A DNA stretch of 49,210 bases from an uncultured Puniceicoccaceae bacterium (GCA_964650745.1 CAZYUX010000001.1:1-49210); one strand, 5' to 3'; positions 15,721 to 25,270 are shown, numbered from the stretch's first letter. Program-made: numbers and translations. Notes: generated from the letters alone by a model not told the origin.

Positions 15721-17046
15721 TTAACCTTTCACGGCCAGCTGTTTTTGAATGGACTGCCGGGCGCCGTTGATGTCGAAACAGGCATATTGGTTGTCCCGCA
15801 TCCACCGGACGGCCAGGTTCATGGCTTGCCTTTCGGTCAGATAACCCTCATCAATTTCTTCTTGCAGGGCCTGCGCCAGATACCGCCGGGCCTGAACCGC
15901 ATAAGCCAGCGTGCTGGTAGGCCGCCCGCTGTCGCCCCCGAAGGCGAAAATCTTGTTGCAGGGAACGGCGTGAAGCAGCCGCCGGGCGAAGCGAACCGAA
16001 CTGCGGGGGTCAATCGCCCAAGCCCAGCAAAAATCCACGTAGACGTTGCGGAAGTGCTTGCCCAGCGCCGCCAACTCATCCTCGTAGGGATAAGCGGCGT
16101 GCATCAGGACAAAGCGGGCTTCGAGATAGCGTTTCAGCAGCGGGCATAACTGGCCGCTCCGTGTTTGATCAATCATCATGTAGTCCTGTCCCGCCATGTA
16201 GCCAGCGTGAAGTTTGAACGGCAGGTTATGCCGGATGGCCAGCTCCACCCCCCGCGCCAGGCACCAGTCTCCCAGGCACAAGCGGTCCGCCACGGTCACG
16301 TCCTCCGGTTTGACGGTCAGGGTTTTTTGCAGCGCGCTTTCCGCGTCAGCCTTCGAGCGCTCTTCCCAGCGCAAAGTGCGCTCGTAGGCGTGCTGGGATT
16401 TCACGGCGATAGCGCAAGCGGCGTGCGACTCGAAAATCTTCGCCATCGCTTCGTCCAGCCCGGATATGTTTTCCACCGTCACGCCGGTCTCCCCGGCCAG
16501 GGCTTTGAAATCAGGCCGGCCGCAGGCGAATCCGGCCCAGGAGATGTCATACAGAAAAAACTCCGGGCCGGATTCGTCCGGCAAACAAGCCCAAAGAAAA
16601 TCGTCAACCTGCGCGTGGTCGAGGTTGGCCCGGTCTTTCATCAGATGGAGCCGCTGGCCCGGCTGGTGGTATTCCCGGGCTTTGCCCTTGGCTTTTTCCA
16701 GACTTTCGGGGGTGATTTCCTCCAAGCCGTAAAGTTCGCGGGCGAGGATGCGCACCGCCTCGCCGTAGCCGGTGAAGCGCGCGGCTTCCCACGCTTCGCG
16801 CGCGCCTTCGAAACGGCCGCGCAAGTCCGGGTTTTCCGCGTTTTGCAATTCTCCGGCCGCCTTCGGATTCGCCCCCGCGGAAATTAAATCCGCTGGAACA
16901 TAATTGGAAAACAGATCCAGCAGAATATCCGGTTTCCAGTGAAGCCAGTTGTGTTCCTTGACGGTGTGCTCGTGAGTGTCCGCCAGCGGCGTCTCCTCGA
17001 TATGGCAAACCAAATCTGTTTTTGTTTTGCTTTTCATTGGCGTCAT
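15721..17046 (-). CDS. Amidohydrolase-fold (TIM-barrel metal-dependent hydrolase) family protein
   Basis: The metal-ligand pattern is 'LADTHEHT' near the N-terminus, then 'FKLHAGY', 'FVLMHAAYPY' and 'IFAFGGDSG'. Substrate unknown. Confidence 0.65.
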   Translation of the reverse strand: MTPMKSKTKTDLVCHIEETPLADTHEHTVKEHNWLHWKPDILLDLFSNYVPADLISAGANPKAAGELQNAENPDLRGRFEGAREAWEAARFTGYGEAVRILARELYGLEEITPESLEKAKGKAREYHQPGQRLHLMKDRANLDHAQVDDFLWACLPDESGPEFFLYDISWAGFACGRPDFKALAGETGVTVENISGLDEAMAKIFESHAACAIAVKSQHAYERTLRWEERSKADAESALQKTLTVKPEDVTVADRLCLGDWCLARGVELAIRHNLPFKLHAGYMAGQDYMMIDQTRSGQLCPLLKRYLEARFVLMHAAYPYEDELAALGKHFRNVYVDFCWAWAIDPRSSVRFARRLLHAVPCNKIFAFGGDSGRPTSTLAYAVQARRYLAQALQEEIDEGYLTERQAMNLAVRWMRDNQYACFDINGARQSIQKQLAVKG

Positions 17047-17948
17047 TCAGCGTGGAGTGATCCCATCACGTCTCCCATGCGGGCGTAAAGCTCGCGGCCC
17101 CGGCGGGTTTGTTCAGTCAGATCTCCCGCCAGCCGGACGCGGCCCTTTTCGAAAAGAGTCAATATCGTGGAGCCTCCGAACTGGAAATATCCCTTTTCCG
17201 CCCCCTTTTCCGCCGGGGTGTCCGGTGTGTAAGTCTGCACGATGGTTCCCACCGCCATCGCGCCGATTTCCATCATGAGAATGTCGCCGAAGCGCTCTGT
17301 CTGAATGATGTTCCACGCGCGCTTGTTTTGGGTGAAAATCCGCCAGCTTCCCTTTAATGCCAGCGGATTCACCGAATCATACGCGCCATCCGCCAGCTTC
17401 CCCGGGCGGGGAATGCCCGCCGCCGGAAAGTGAAAGCGGTGGCAATCCGCGGGGCAAAGGCGCGAGATGACCAGCGCCCCTTCCCGGTAACGTTCCGCCT
17501 GCGCGGTGTCCGGCAAGAGCTGACCTGTATTCAAAACTTCGCCTTTAACGGGGAACCGGCCTGTTTCGGAAACTTCTTGAAATCCCAGGTGCCGCCCGTC
17601 GGCGGGGAACACCGCGCTTGCCGGACTGCCGTCAACGGGCCGCGCTCCCGGTTTCAGCCGCCGGATAAAAAAGTCGTTGAAACACTGGAAACCTTCGGAG
17701 GGGATCTCGAATTCTTCGGCGTCAATGCCGTATTCGGAAATAAAATACGGGATGCGCGTCCGGCTGCCGGGCCGCCGCATCCACCATCCCGCCAGCCGCG
17801 AAAAGACCGCCCGCCGGAACAGCGCCCGCCGGATCACCCTGCCCAGCGCATTCCCGTACAGCCAGCGCAGCCAGCCGCCCGCGCACACTTTCTCCTCCTC
17901 CGTCCGCCCGGTGTAACGGTTGTGGTAAATGACAGGGCGGTTGTTCAT
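17043..17948 (-). CDS. psd: Phosphatidylserine decarboxylase proenzyme
   Basis: The self-cleavage motif is 'GYFQFGGSTILTLFE' (G-S-T). Also present are 'FNDFFIRRLKPGARP' and 'RLCPADCHRFHFP'. There is a 4-nt overlap with the downstream amidohydrolase gene. Confidence 0.88.
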   Translation of the reverse strand: MNNRPVIYHNRYTGRTEEEKVCAGGWLRWLYGNALGRVIRRALFRRAVFSRLAGWWMRRPGSRTRIPYFISEYGIDAEEFEIPSEGFQCFNDFFIRRLKPGARPVDGSPASAVFPADGRHLGFQEVSETGRFPVKGEVLNTGQLLPDTAQAERYREGALVISRLCPADCHRFHFPAAGIPRPGKLADGAYDSVNPLALKGSWRIFTQNKRAWNIIQTERFGDILMMEIGAMAVGTIVQTYTPDTPAEKGAEKGYFQFGGSTILTLFEKGRVRLAGDLTEQTRRGRELYARMGDVMGSLHAE

Positions 17949-17970
17949 TCAAAAATCATCCTCTTCCAAT

Positions 17971-19173
17971 TTAAAATCCGTCCCACGCGGCGAGCATGGG
18001 ATGGCGGCAGGGAAAGAGAACGGGCAGGAGAAGCCGGGCTTCGCCTTGGACGCGGGTTTTGTGGACGGCGGCTGTCTCGCGGGGATCGTCTGTTCCGATG
18101 AGCATCTGGGCGATTTCCTCGCCCCCGGCGATGCGGTTTTTCGTTTTCGCGGGCGGGCCGGCCGTCACTTTCGCCCGGTTGATCGTCAATAAAACTTTTT
18201 CCCTCGGATCGCTTATGAGTAATTGCCCTTTCCAGCCCGCCATGGGCGACTTTTTCAACAAACGGGAGAATTCGCTTTCCATTTTTTTCAAAACCGAAGC
18301 GAGGTTGACCGTGCGGATCATTGCGCCGCCGGCTCGGATATGCTGGGTTTCGACCCGGCAGTCGCCCCACTTGAGCCGGCGGGCCAGGGCGCTTTCCTCG
18401 TGCAGGCGGTTGAAATGCAGCTCGCGGCACCGGTGTTTCCGGGCCAGGACCGCCAGCACCCGCAGCGCTTGCTCAACGTCTCCGCAAACTTCGTTGACGA
18501 TGAGCTTGTCCCGGTCGGGCCTCACGAAGACATATCCCGCGGGCTTTTTGTTCGCGCCGCGCCAAAGGTAGCCGTCTCCCGCGCACATGGGATTGACGTT
18601 CATGTAAGCGGGGCGGACCGCCGTTCCAGTCAAACCGGCGTTTTCGCGGTTGTAGAGCGCTTCCAGGTCCGGGCGGTGTTTGAAAACGAACTTGCGCGGC
18701 GCGGGCCGGGGTTTCTCCTTCGGCAAATCGTCCGCCCAAACCATCACCGTCGAAAACGAAAACGCCCGGACGTATCCGAATTTATTGTAGAAATTGGAGA
18801 TGCCGAAAAGCAGCGACATGTCATAGCCGAGGCCGCGCAGACCGTTAACGCATGCCCGGGCCGTTTTCGCCATGAAGCCGCGCCGAAGGTAATCCCCGTG
18901 TGTGGCCACGGCCCCCACGCCTCCGGTCCGCAACCGTCCCCGCCCCGCCCGCATTTGAAAATCCCAGATGCCGTAATGCGAAACCAGTTTTCCATCGAGG
19001 AACGCCGCGCGCGAGGCCTCCCAGTCGTAATGGCTGCGATCGAAGTATCCGGCGCGGCAAAACCTCAGCCAGTTCCAGTAACCGTGACAGGAAAAAACTT
19101 TTCCGGTCAGGTCGAACAGTTCCCCGCGGTGTTTGCGTTTGTCCGGCGCGGTGATGTGCAGGCGGTCTTTCAT
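17971..19173 (-). CDS. GNAT-family N-acetyltransferase with a C-terminal sterol-carrier-like extension (Eis-like architecture)
   Basis: The acetyl-CoA-binding segment is 'GGVGAVATHGDYLRRGFMAKTARACV', followed by 'LLFGISNFYNKFGY'. At 400 aa the length fits GNAT + GNAT-like + SCP2. Confidence 0.65.
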   Translation of the reverse strand: MKDRLHITAPDKRKHRGELFDLTGKVFSCHGYWNWLRFCRAGYFDRSHYDWEASRAAFLDGKLVSHYGIWDFQMRAGRGRLRTGGVGAVATHGDYLRRGFMAKTARACVNGLRGLGYDMSLLFGISNFYNKFGYVRAFSFSTVMVWADDLPKEKPRPAPRKFVFKHRPDLEALYNRENAGLTGTAVRPAYMNVNPMCAGDGYLWRGANKKPAGYVFVRPDRDKLIVNEVCGDVEQALRVLAVLARKHRCRELHFNRLHEESALARRLKWGDCRVETQHIRAGGAMIRTVNLASVLKKMESEFSRLLKKSPMAGWKGQLLISDPREKVLLTINRAKVTAGPPAKTKNRIAGGEEIAQMLIGTDDPRETAAVHKTRVQGEARLLLPVLFPCRHPMLAAWDGF

Positions 19174-19497
19174 TTTTTATTGAGGGGATGAGACTTTAAG
19201 CAATCACGCACAAAAAGGCGTTTTCTTGCTTTGACACAAGGGAAAAACAGCTTTGCTGCAGCGCGCCAGCCGGGCGAACGCCGCCCGGCCCGTCAAAGAA
19301 AGAACTTGGCTAAACACGCCCGCCTGCTTTATCATTCCCGCCTTCTTGTGCCGGGTGAATTGACGGAGGCCGGTTTCTGTTCATCATAACCGGATAAATC
19401 CTCTTCATTAACCTCACAGGGAGAATCCTTCTTTCTTCTCATCCTCAAAACGTTATTTTGGACAAGAGCGGTTTTGCCAAACCTTGATTCTTTAGCC

Positions 19498-20487
19498 ATG
19501 AAAGCCAAAGCGATTCTTTTTAAAGGACCCGGCCAAGCCGGAACCGGCGATGTCGAAATACCCGGGCCTGGGCCGGGAGAAGTGCTCATTGAGACCAGCT
19601 ATTCGTGTGTCAGCCCCGGAACGGAGCTGCGCTGCCTGGCCGGAAAGCAGGACGGCTCCCCGTCATGGCCCTATATCGCCGGCTATTCGATGACCGGCAC
19701 GGTGAAAGCCCGCGGCGAAGGAGCGGACCTGCCGGAAGGAACCCCCGTCTTCTGCGCGGGCACGGCCAAAGCCGGCATCCGCCGCCAGTGGGGCGGCCAC
19801 GTCAGCCTCGCCGTCCAGCCGCGGGACAATGTTTTTCCATTGCCTGAAGGGGCGGATTTGCTGGAGGCCTCCATCGCCAAACTGGCGGCAATCGCTTATC
19901 ATGGCGCGCGCTTGAGCCGGCCCCTGCCGCATGAAAAAGTGGCGGTCGCCGGCCTCGGCCCCATCGGGCAGCTTTCGGCCCGGATTCACGCGGCCTCGGG
20001 GGCGCGCACCGTTTGCGCCGATCTCTCTCCCGAACGAGTGGAGGCCGCCCGGAAGGCGGGGCTTGAAGCAGTGGTCCCGGAAAAGGGATTGGCGGCGGCG
20101 TTCCGGGATGTTTTTCCCGGAGGGGCGGACATCGTGGTGGACGCAACCGGCTTTCCTGCTGTTCTCCCGGAGGCCATTGCCCTGGCCAAGGAGATTCCGT
20201 GGGACGACTCCCTGACTCCCGGCGCTCGTTTCCTTGTTCAGGGCAGTTATCCCGACGGCTTCTCCATCCCCTATCATGCCGCGTTTTTCAAGGAAATCGT
20301 CTTTTACCTGCCCCGGGCCGACCAGCCGCGGGACGCGCGCGCGGTTCTGGATCTGATGGCGCGCGGAAAACTCGCCGCCCGTGACCTGATTAGCGAAGTC
20401 CGCCCTCCGGAAGAGGCTCAGAAGGTTTACACCGCTCTCCGGCAGCCGAAAGGCTCACTTCTTACCGTGGCTTTTCAGTGGAAATGA
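19498..20487 (+). CDS. Medium-chain (zinc-type) alcohol dehydrogenase/reductase family protein
   Basis: 'GPGEVLIETSYSCVSPGTELR' and the Rossmann motif 'VAVAGLGPIGQLSA'. I place the start at the ATG 8 codons inside track ORF 19474 (a TTG start). Confidence 0.75.
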   Translation: MKAKAILFKGPGQAGTGDVEIPGPGPGEVLIETSYSCVSPGTELRCLAGKQDGSPSWPYIAGYSMTGTVKARGEGADLPEGTPVFCAGTAKAGIRRQWGGHVSLAVQPRDNVFPLPEGADLLEASIAKLAAIAYHGARLSRPLPHEKVAVAGLGPIGQLSARIHAASGARTVCADLSPERVEAARKAGLEAVVPEKGLAAAFRDVFPGGADIVVDATGFPAVLPEAIALAKEIPWDDSLTPGARFLVQGSYPDGFSIPYHAAFFKEIVFYLPRADQPRDARAVLDLMARGKLAARDLISEVRPPEEAQKVYTALRQPKGSLLTVAFQWK

Positions 20488-20496
20488 CCGGACGGG

Positions 20497-21291
20497 TCAC
20501 GTGACACCTTGCGATTCCGTAATTACCGGGATTTTGGAGAAATCGAGGAGGGTGCGGCTGATTTTGCCCTGGGCCAGACACTGGCGGTCGGTCAGTTGAG
20601 CCGATGGCAGTTCGCGGCCCGGATTGAGCTCGAAATTGTAATGGCTGTTATTCTCCGGTTTGAAAAGGCCGCCTAAAAAGATCTTCGCGGGGATGGTGTG
20701 TTCAACCGGTGTGTCATCCCGCACCGGCATGGGGAAATTGATGTTATGCACGATCATTTCGCCGGCGCTCGGTCCCGCCAATTCTTTCGCGAATCCAACG
20801 GAGCGCCGTGCCGCCGTCTCCAGCGACACGGCGGTTTCCCCGCCCATAAAGCCCTGTTTTTCCCTGATCTCCTCATAATTGCAGCGGGGGACGACGAGGG
20901 AGAGGGCCAGTGCCGGAATGCCCCAGCAGGCTCCTTCCAGCGCGCCGGCCACCGTTCCCGAGCACAGGATAAGATTCAGGGTTGTGTTGTAGCCGATATT
21001 GATGCCCGACAGCACAACGTCCGGTTTCTCTTTTAAGAGGTGCGCCAGAGCGATGTTGACGGCGTCGGTGGGGGTGCCGTCAATGGCCCAGGCCGGGCAA
21101 TCGAGCCCTTCATAGAGGCTTGCGGCAACGGGCTGATGGCGGCTGACGGCGCGGCCAGTCCAGCTCCGCTGGTTTTTGGGAGCCGCCACGGCCACTTCAA
21201 AATCCTCCCGCATTGCCTTTGCCAGCGCGTGCAGGAAACCGCAGTCAATCCCGTCGTCGTTGGTCAGCAGCGCTTTCGGTTTCTTCTTCAT
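20497..21291 (-). CDS. surE: 5'/3'-nucleotidase SurE
   Basis: 'ALLTNDDGIDCGFLHALAKAM', 'SGINIGYN' and 'SGTVAGALEG'. Confidence 0.93.
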   Translation of the reverse strand: MKKKPKALLTNDDGIDCGFLHALAKAMREDFEVAVAAPKNQRSWTGRAVSRHQPVAASLYEGLDCPAWAIDGTPTDAVNIALAHLLKEKPDVVLSGINIGYNTTLNLILCSGTVAGALEGACWGIPALALSLVVPRCNYEEIREKQGFMGGETAVSLETAARRSVGFAKELAGPSAGEMIVHNINFPMPVRDDTPVEHTIPAKIFLGGLFKPENNSHYNFELNPGRELPSAQLTDRQCLAQGKISRTLLDFSKIPVITESQGVT

Positions 21292-21292
21292 C

Positions 21293-22324
21293 CTAAAGGA
21301 GTTTCATTTGCCCGTTCACCGCGGGCTTCATGCCGAGGACTTTCCAGGCCTTGTCCGCCAGAACGCGGCCCTGGGGGGTGCGCTGAATGTAGCCTTCCTG
21401 GATCAAGTAGGGCTCGTGCACTTCCTCGACCGTGTGCTCTTCCTCGCCAGCGGCCACGGCGATGGTGCCCAGGCCGACGGGCCCGCCTTTGTAGTTGCGG
21501 GCTATGATGCCGAGGATGCGCTTGTCCATCTCGTCGAGGCCGCGCGCGTCAATATCAAGCAGCTCGAGAGCGGCGGAGGCCACCGGGCGGGTGATTTTTC
21601 CGGCGGCTCGCTGCTGGGCGTAGTCTCGGACGAAGGCTATAAGGTTATTGACAATGCGGGGGGTGCCGCGCGCCCTCCCGGCGATTTCGGATGCGCCGTC
21701 CCCGTCCGCTTCGACCTGAAGCAGGCGGCAGCTCCTGTGGGCGATTTGCATCAGGTCCTCGCGGCCGTAATAATCCAGCCGGGTTTGCAAGGTGAAGCGG
21801 CTGCGCAGCGGGGCGGTCAGCGAGCCCATCCGCGTCGTCGCCCCCACGAGGGTGAAACGGGGGATGTTCAGCCGCACGCTGCGGGCGTTCGGCCCCTGGT
21901 CCAGCATGATGTCTATGCGGTAATCCTCCATTGCCGAGTAGAGGTATTCCTCGACCGTCTTTGGGATGCGGTGGATCTCGTCAATAAAGAGGATGTCGCC
22001 CTGCTCGAGGTTGGTCAGCATCCCCGCCAAGTCGCCGGGCCTCTCGATGACAGGGCCGGAGGTGACACGCACCGTTGCCTCCATCTCGTGTCCGAGGATG
22101 AGGGCCAGGGTGGTTTTGCCCAGCCCCGGCGGGCCGCTGATGAGGATGTGGTTGAGGGCGTCCCCTCGCGCTTTTGCCGCGCCGGTCATCACTTTGAGGC
22201 GCTCCTTGGTCTTGGCTTGTCCCACGAAATCCGCGAACGACGGCGGGCGCAGCGTGGCATCCATCGCCTCGTCGCGTTCCAGGGCGGCCTGCAAAAATTC
22301 TTTGTTTTTTTCCGGCTCGTTCAC
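21293..22324 (-). CDS. ruvB: Holliday junction branch-migration ATPase RuvB
   Basis: 'LRPPSFADFVGQAKTKERL', 'HILISGPPGLGKTTLALI', 'ILFIDEIHR' and 'LVGATTRMGSLTAPLRSRF'. Confidence 0.97.
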   Translation of the reverse strand: MNEPEKNKEFLQAALERDEAMDATLRPPSFADFVGQAKTKERLKVMTGAAKARGDALNHILISGPPGLGKTTLALILGHEMEATVRVTSGPVIERPGDLAGMLTNLEQGDILFIDEIHRIPKTVEEYLYSAMEDYRIDIMLDQGPNARSVRLNIPRFTLVGATTRMGSLTAPLRSRFTLQTRLDYYGREDLMQIAHRSCRLLQVEADGDGASEIAGRARGTPRIVNNLIAFVRDYAQQRAAGKITRPVASAALELLDIDARGLDEMDKRILGIIARNYKGGPVGLGTIAVAAGEEEHTVEEVHEPYLIQEGYIQRTPQGRVLADKAWKVLGMKPAVNGQMKLL

Positions 22325-22472
22325 GGTCGCTGATGCGGATTTCCCTCCCCCGCATCATCTCTAAAAACCCTTTCCGGTCAAGTCCGGCGATGGAAAAGAG
22401 GTTTTTATGAGGATGCCGGGAAAACGCGGGAATAATGCGGCGGCCTGCGTATCATGTCGTCACATCACAACC

Positions 22473-23861
22473 ATGAAAACATGCAGCTCTCTGGCCGTTG
22501 GAAATCCGGATGATTTGGTGTTTGGCGCGGCGCCGAAACCATTGCGCACCCGCCGGGGGATGGAAATCGGGGGCGGTCTGGTTTATCCGGAGATCAACTT
22601 CACGCTGCCGCCGATGCGGATTGATGAGAACACGATGCCCAAGGTGCGGGAGCAGTACCGGAGCATCATCCGGGAAGTGACCCGGCGGGCGGCGGAACTG
22701 GAAGTTCCGGGGCTTGTGGTGGAGTTCGAAACGCTGCCGCCAATGACGGACAATCCGGCCTGGGCTGCCGAGATAACGGAGATCCTGTCCGAACAGATGG
22801 AAAAAGCTTATCAGAAAAACGGGCTGAAGAGCGCCCTGCGCGTCACCCCCAACGACACCCGTGACACCGTCCGCCCGCCTCTCATGCGCCGCGGCCGGCA
22901 TTGGGAGGAGATGCTGGAAACTTTCGAAGGCTGTGCCAAGGCAGGCGCCGAGTGGCTGAGTATCGAGTCCGTCGGCGGCAAGGAGGTTCATGACGAGGCT
23001 TTGATGGCGGGCGATTTGCGGGGCGTGATATTTGCCCTCTGTGTTCTTGGGGCGCGGGACATGGAATTTCTCTGGCCGCACATTGCGGATATTGCCCGGA
23101 AACATCAGGCTGTTGCGGCGGGCGACACCGCCTGCGGTTTCGGCAATACCGCCATGGTTCTGGCGGAAAAGAAAATGATTCCCAAAGTCTTCGCCGCCGT
23201 GGTGCGCGCGGTTTCGGCGGCGCGGTCGCTGGCGGCTCATGAGTGCGGCGCGGTTGGGCCGGGTAAGGATTGCGGTTACGAGAACATTATCCTGAAGGTT
23301 ATCACCGGGTGTCCCATGGCCAATGAAGGAAAGAGCGCCTCCTGCGCGCATCTTAGTCCGCTGGGCAACATCGCGGCTGCGGCGTGCGACACCTGGAGCA
23401 ATGAGTCTGTGCAGAACGTCAAGCTCCTCGGCGCGATGGCGCCGGTCTGTTCATTGGAGCAGTTGGCCTATGACTGCCGGCTGATGAACGCGGCCACCCG
23501 AGATGGCCCTGAAGCAGCACTCAAGCTGCGCGGCTGGCTGGTCAATTCCGACGCCGGTCTCGATCCGCAAGCCTATATTTTGTCGCCGGAAAGCGCCATT
23601 GCCATTGCCCGTGCCATCGGTGAAGCGCCGGATTATTACCAGGCCGGTAAAGCCGCCGCATTAACGGCAATCCATCTCATGCGCGAGGCTTTTCATTCCG
23701 GCCAGCTGCGCATCGCTGATGCGGAAAAATCCTGGCTCGGGAGAATGGAAGAAACTGCCGGAAGGATGCCTGACAGCGAAACCGTTTTCATCGGCGAGAT
23801 GATGGCGGAAGGCGTTGCGGGCCATTTTATTCCGGCGGAGTATGGATTGCAAGCGCCGTAA
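22473..23861 (+). CDS. MtaB-family (methanol:corrinoid methyltransferase-like) protein
   Basis: From the Met at 22473 the protein resembles my recollection of archaeal MtaB along its length: 'VFGAAPKP', 'YPEINFTLPP', 'LSIESVGGKEVHDEAL', 'AAGDTACGFGNTAM', 'GAVGPGKDCGYENIILKVITGCPMANEGKSASCAH', 'CDTWSNESVQN' and 'LAYDCRLMNAATRD'. Track ORF 22407 adds 22 implausible N-terminal residues. Confidence 0.8.
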   Translation: MKTCSSLAVGNPDDLVFGAAPKPLRTRRGMEIGGGLVYPEINFTLPPMRIDENTMPKVREQYRSIIREVTRRAAELEVPGLVVEFETLPPMTDNPAWAAEITEILSEQMEKAYQKNGLKSALRVTPNDTRDTVRPPLMRRGRHWEEMLETFEGCAKAGAEWLSIESVGGKEVHDEALMAGDLRGVIFALCVLGARDMEFLWPHIADIARKHQAVAAGDTACGFGNTAMVLAEKKMIPKVFAAVVRAVSAARSLAAHECGAVGPGKDCGYENIILKVITGCPMANEGKSASCAHLSPLGNIAAAACDTWSNESVQNVKLLGAMAPVCSLEQLAYDCRLMNAATRDGPEAALKLRGWLVNSDAGLDPQAYILSPESAIAIARAIGEAPDYYQAGKAAALTAIHLMREAFHSGQLRIADAEKSWLGRMEETAGRMPDSETVFIGEMMAEGVAGHFIPAEYGLQAP

Positions 23862-23869
23862 CTTTTCTT

Positions 23870-24475
23870 ATGAAAATTCGAGAGAGCGGGATGCCCGAAG
23901 AAGGGGTCTGGAACAGTTTTTTTCATCCGGAAAGAACGCTGCGCAAGCTCGGCTTGAACGCGGAGTGCGGGGCGGCGGTTGATTTCGGGTGCGGATACGG
24001 AACTTTCAGCGTGGCGGCGGCCAGGATTGTCCGCGGAACGGTCTATGCCTTTGATTTGGACCCGGCTATGATCGCCGCCACCAGAGCCAAGGCCGCGCAG
24101 CTCGGGTTGAAGAACTTGGTCACACGTGAGCGCGACTTTGTGGCCCGGGGGACAGGCATGGCTTCTGCGGCTGCCGGATACGCCATGCTGTTCAATATCC
24201 TGCACGCGGAAAATCCTCATGTTTTGCTCCGCGAAGCTTGGCGCGTTCTTCGTCCCGGAGGTTGTCTTGGAATCATGCACTGGATCTGCGACGCGGCTGC
24301 TCCGCGGGGGCCGCCGATGAGCATCCGGCCCCGGCCTCAGCAATGCCGAATCCGGGTTGAACAAGCGGGATTCACCGGGATTTCCGGAATCATTGATTTG
24401 CCGCCCTGGCACTGGGGAATGACAGCGGGGAAACCTGATAATGCCGCTGATGCTGGAAAGCCGCTTTTGCAATGA
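23870..24475 (+). CDS. Class I SAM-dependent methyltransferase
   Basis: SAM-binding motif I is 'AVDFGCGYGTFSV'. Also 'VYAFDLD' and 'LRPGGCLGIMHW'. The gene starts 9 nt after the MtaB-like stop. Confidence 0.85.
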   Translation: MKIRESGMPEEGVWNSFFHPERTLRKLGLNAECGAAVDFGCGYGTFSVAAARIVRGTVYAFDLDPAMIAATRAKAAQLGLKNLVTRERDFVARGTGMASAAAGYAMLFNILHAENPHVLLREAWRVLRPGGCLGIMHWICDAAAPRGPPMSIRPRPQQCRIRVEQAGFTGISGIIDLPPWHWGMTAGKPDNAADAGKPLLQ

Positions 24476-24490
24476 GAAGCGGCGGGACTG

Positions 24491-25078
24491 TCAGCCGCCG
24501 CGGAAGGTAAGGGCGTGACAGAGGGCTGCGGCGGCGGCGTCGGCCTCGTCGGTTGGGAGTTGAGCGGGCAAATTCAATAGGCCGCGCATTTGGCGGATGA
24601 CCTGCTCTTTGCTGGCGCGGCCGTAACCGACGACGGCTTGTTTAATGCGCAGAGGAGGGTATTCGAAAACCGGCAGGCCGCGCAATGCCGCCGCCGCGAT
24701 GGCCGCGCCCCGGGCCGCTCCCAGCGCCTGGGCGATGCGGACGTTCTGCACGTAAATTGTTTCCTCCAGAACGGTGTGGGCGACGGGATGCGCTTCCAGA
24801 ATGCGCGTGACCGCCCGTGAAATTCGGCCCAGGCATTCGGCGAGGGGGATTTCAGGTCTGATTTTTATTGTTTCGCTGTGCAACAAGCCGGCGTCATTGC
24901 CGGGCTGGAATGAGAGGACGGCCAGGCCGGTGCCGCGCAGGCTGGGATCAATCCCCAGGACGGCGCCCTGGAAGGGTTTTTTCGGGCCGATGCTTTGAGC
25001 TTCGCGTTCCCAGTCCTTGGCTTGGAGCTTCCCTTCGAGCTTTTGCGCCCACAAGGTTCTGGCGGATTTACGGGCCAT
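24491..25078 (-). CDS. ruvC: Crossover junction endodeoxyribonuclease RuvC
   Basis: 'VLGIDPSLRGTGLAVL', 'VLEETIYVQNVRIAQALGAARG', 'FEYPPLRIKQAVVGYGRASKEQV' and 'DEADAAAAALCH'. I chose the start at Met 25 of track ORF 24491..25150. The start is uncertain, and the catalytic core is preceded by an N-terminal extension of about 40 aa. Confidence 0.9.
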   Translation of the reverse strand: MARKSARTLWAQKLEGKLQAKDWEREAQSIGPKKPFQGAVLGIDPSLRGTGLAVLSFQPGNDAGLLHSETIKIRPEIPLAECLGRISRAVTRILEAHPVAHTVLEETIYVQNVRIAQALGAARGAAIAAAALRGLPVFEYPPLRIKQAVVGYGRASKEQVIRQMRGLLNLPAQLPTDEADAAAAALCHALTFRGG

Positions 25079-25270
25079 GGCACTTGATCCAAACTTGCGC
25101 TTGGTTAAAGAAATGACAAACCCCAATTCGCAGAATGCCGAATCAGGCAATCAGCTTTCTTTTCGGCTGCAAGGAGGGCTTGTCCGGTGGCATTAATGGC
25201 GCGGGCTCCGGTTTCCGCGATGTGTTCAGCGGGCTGGGCGGGTTTTTCCCGGCCGGTGATTGAGGCGGCG

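Noticed and set aside
19269-19289. A strong GC hairpin 'GCCGGGCG-aacgc-CGCCCGGC' lies in the 324-nt divergent spacer between the GNAT and dehydrogenase genes. ORF 19332..19589 (-) lies in the same spacer.
   Set aside because: There is no flanking U-run on either strand and no second copy in the window that would suggest a REP-type element. The ORF overlaps the dehydrogenase start and has no coding signature.
21176-22333. A 385-aa plus-strand ORF lies opposite ruvB.
   Set aside because: It mirrors ruvB almost exactly. Its composition is low-complexity R/G/A/H and no domain is recognisable. It is a shadow ORF.
22325-22472. I considered a cobalamin or other riboswitch in the leader of the MtaB-like gene. 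A hairpin 'GATGCGG-N11-CCGCATC' lies at 22332..22356.
   Set aside because: The spacer is only about 148 nt and is shared with the divergent ruvB promoter. I see no conserved riboswitch core motifs.
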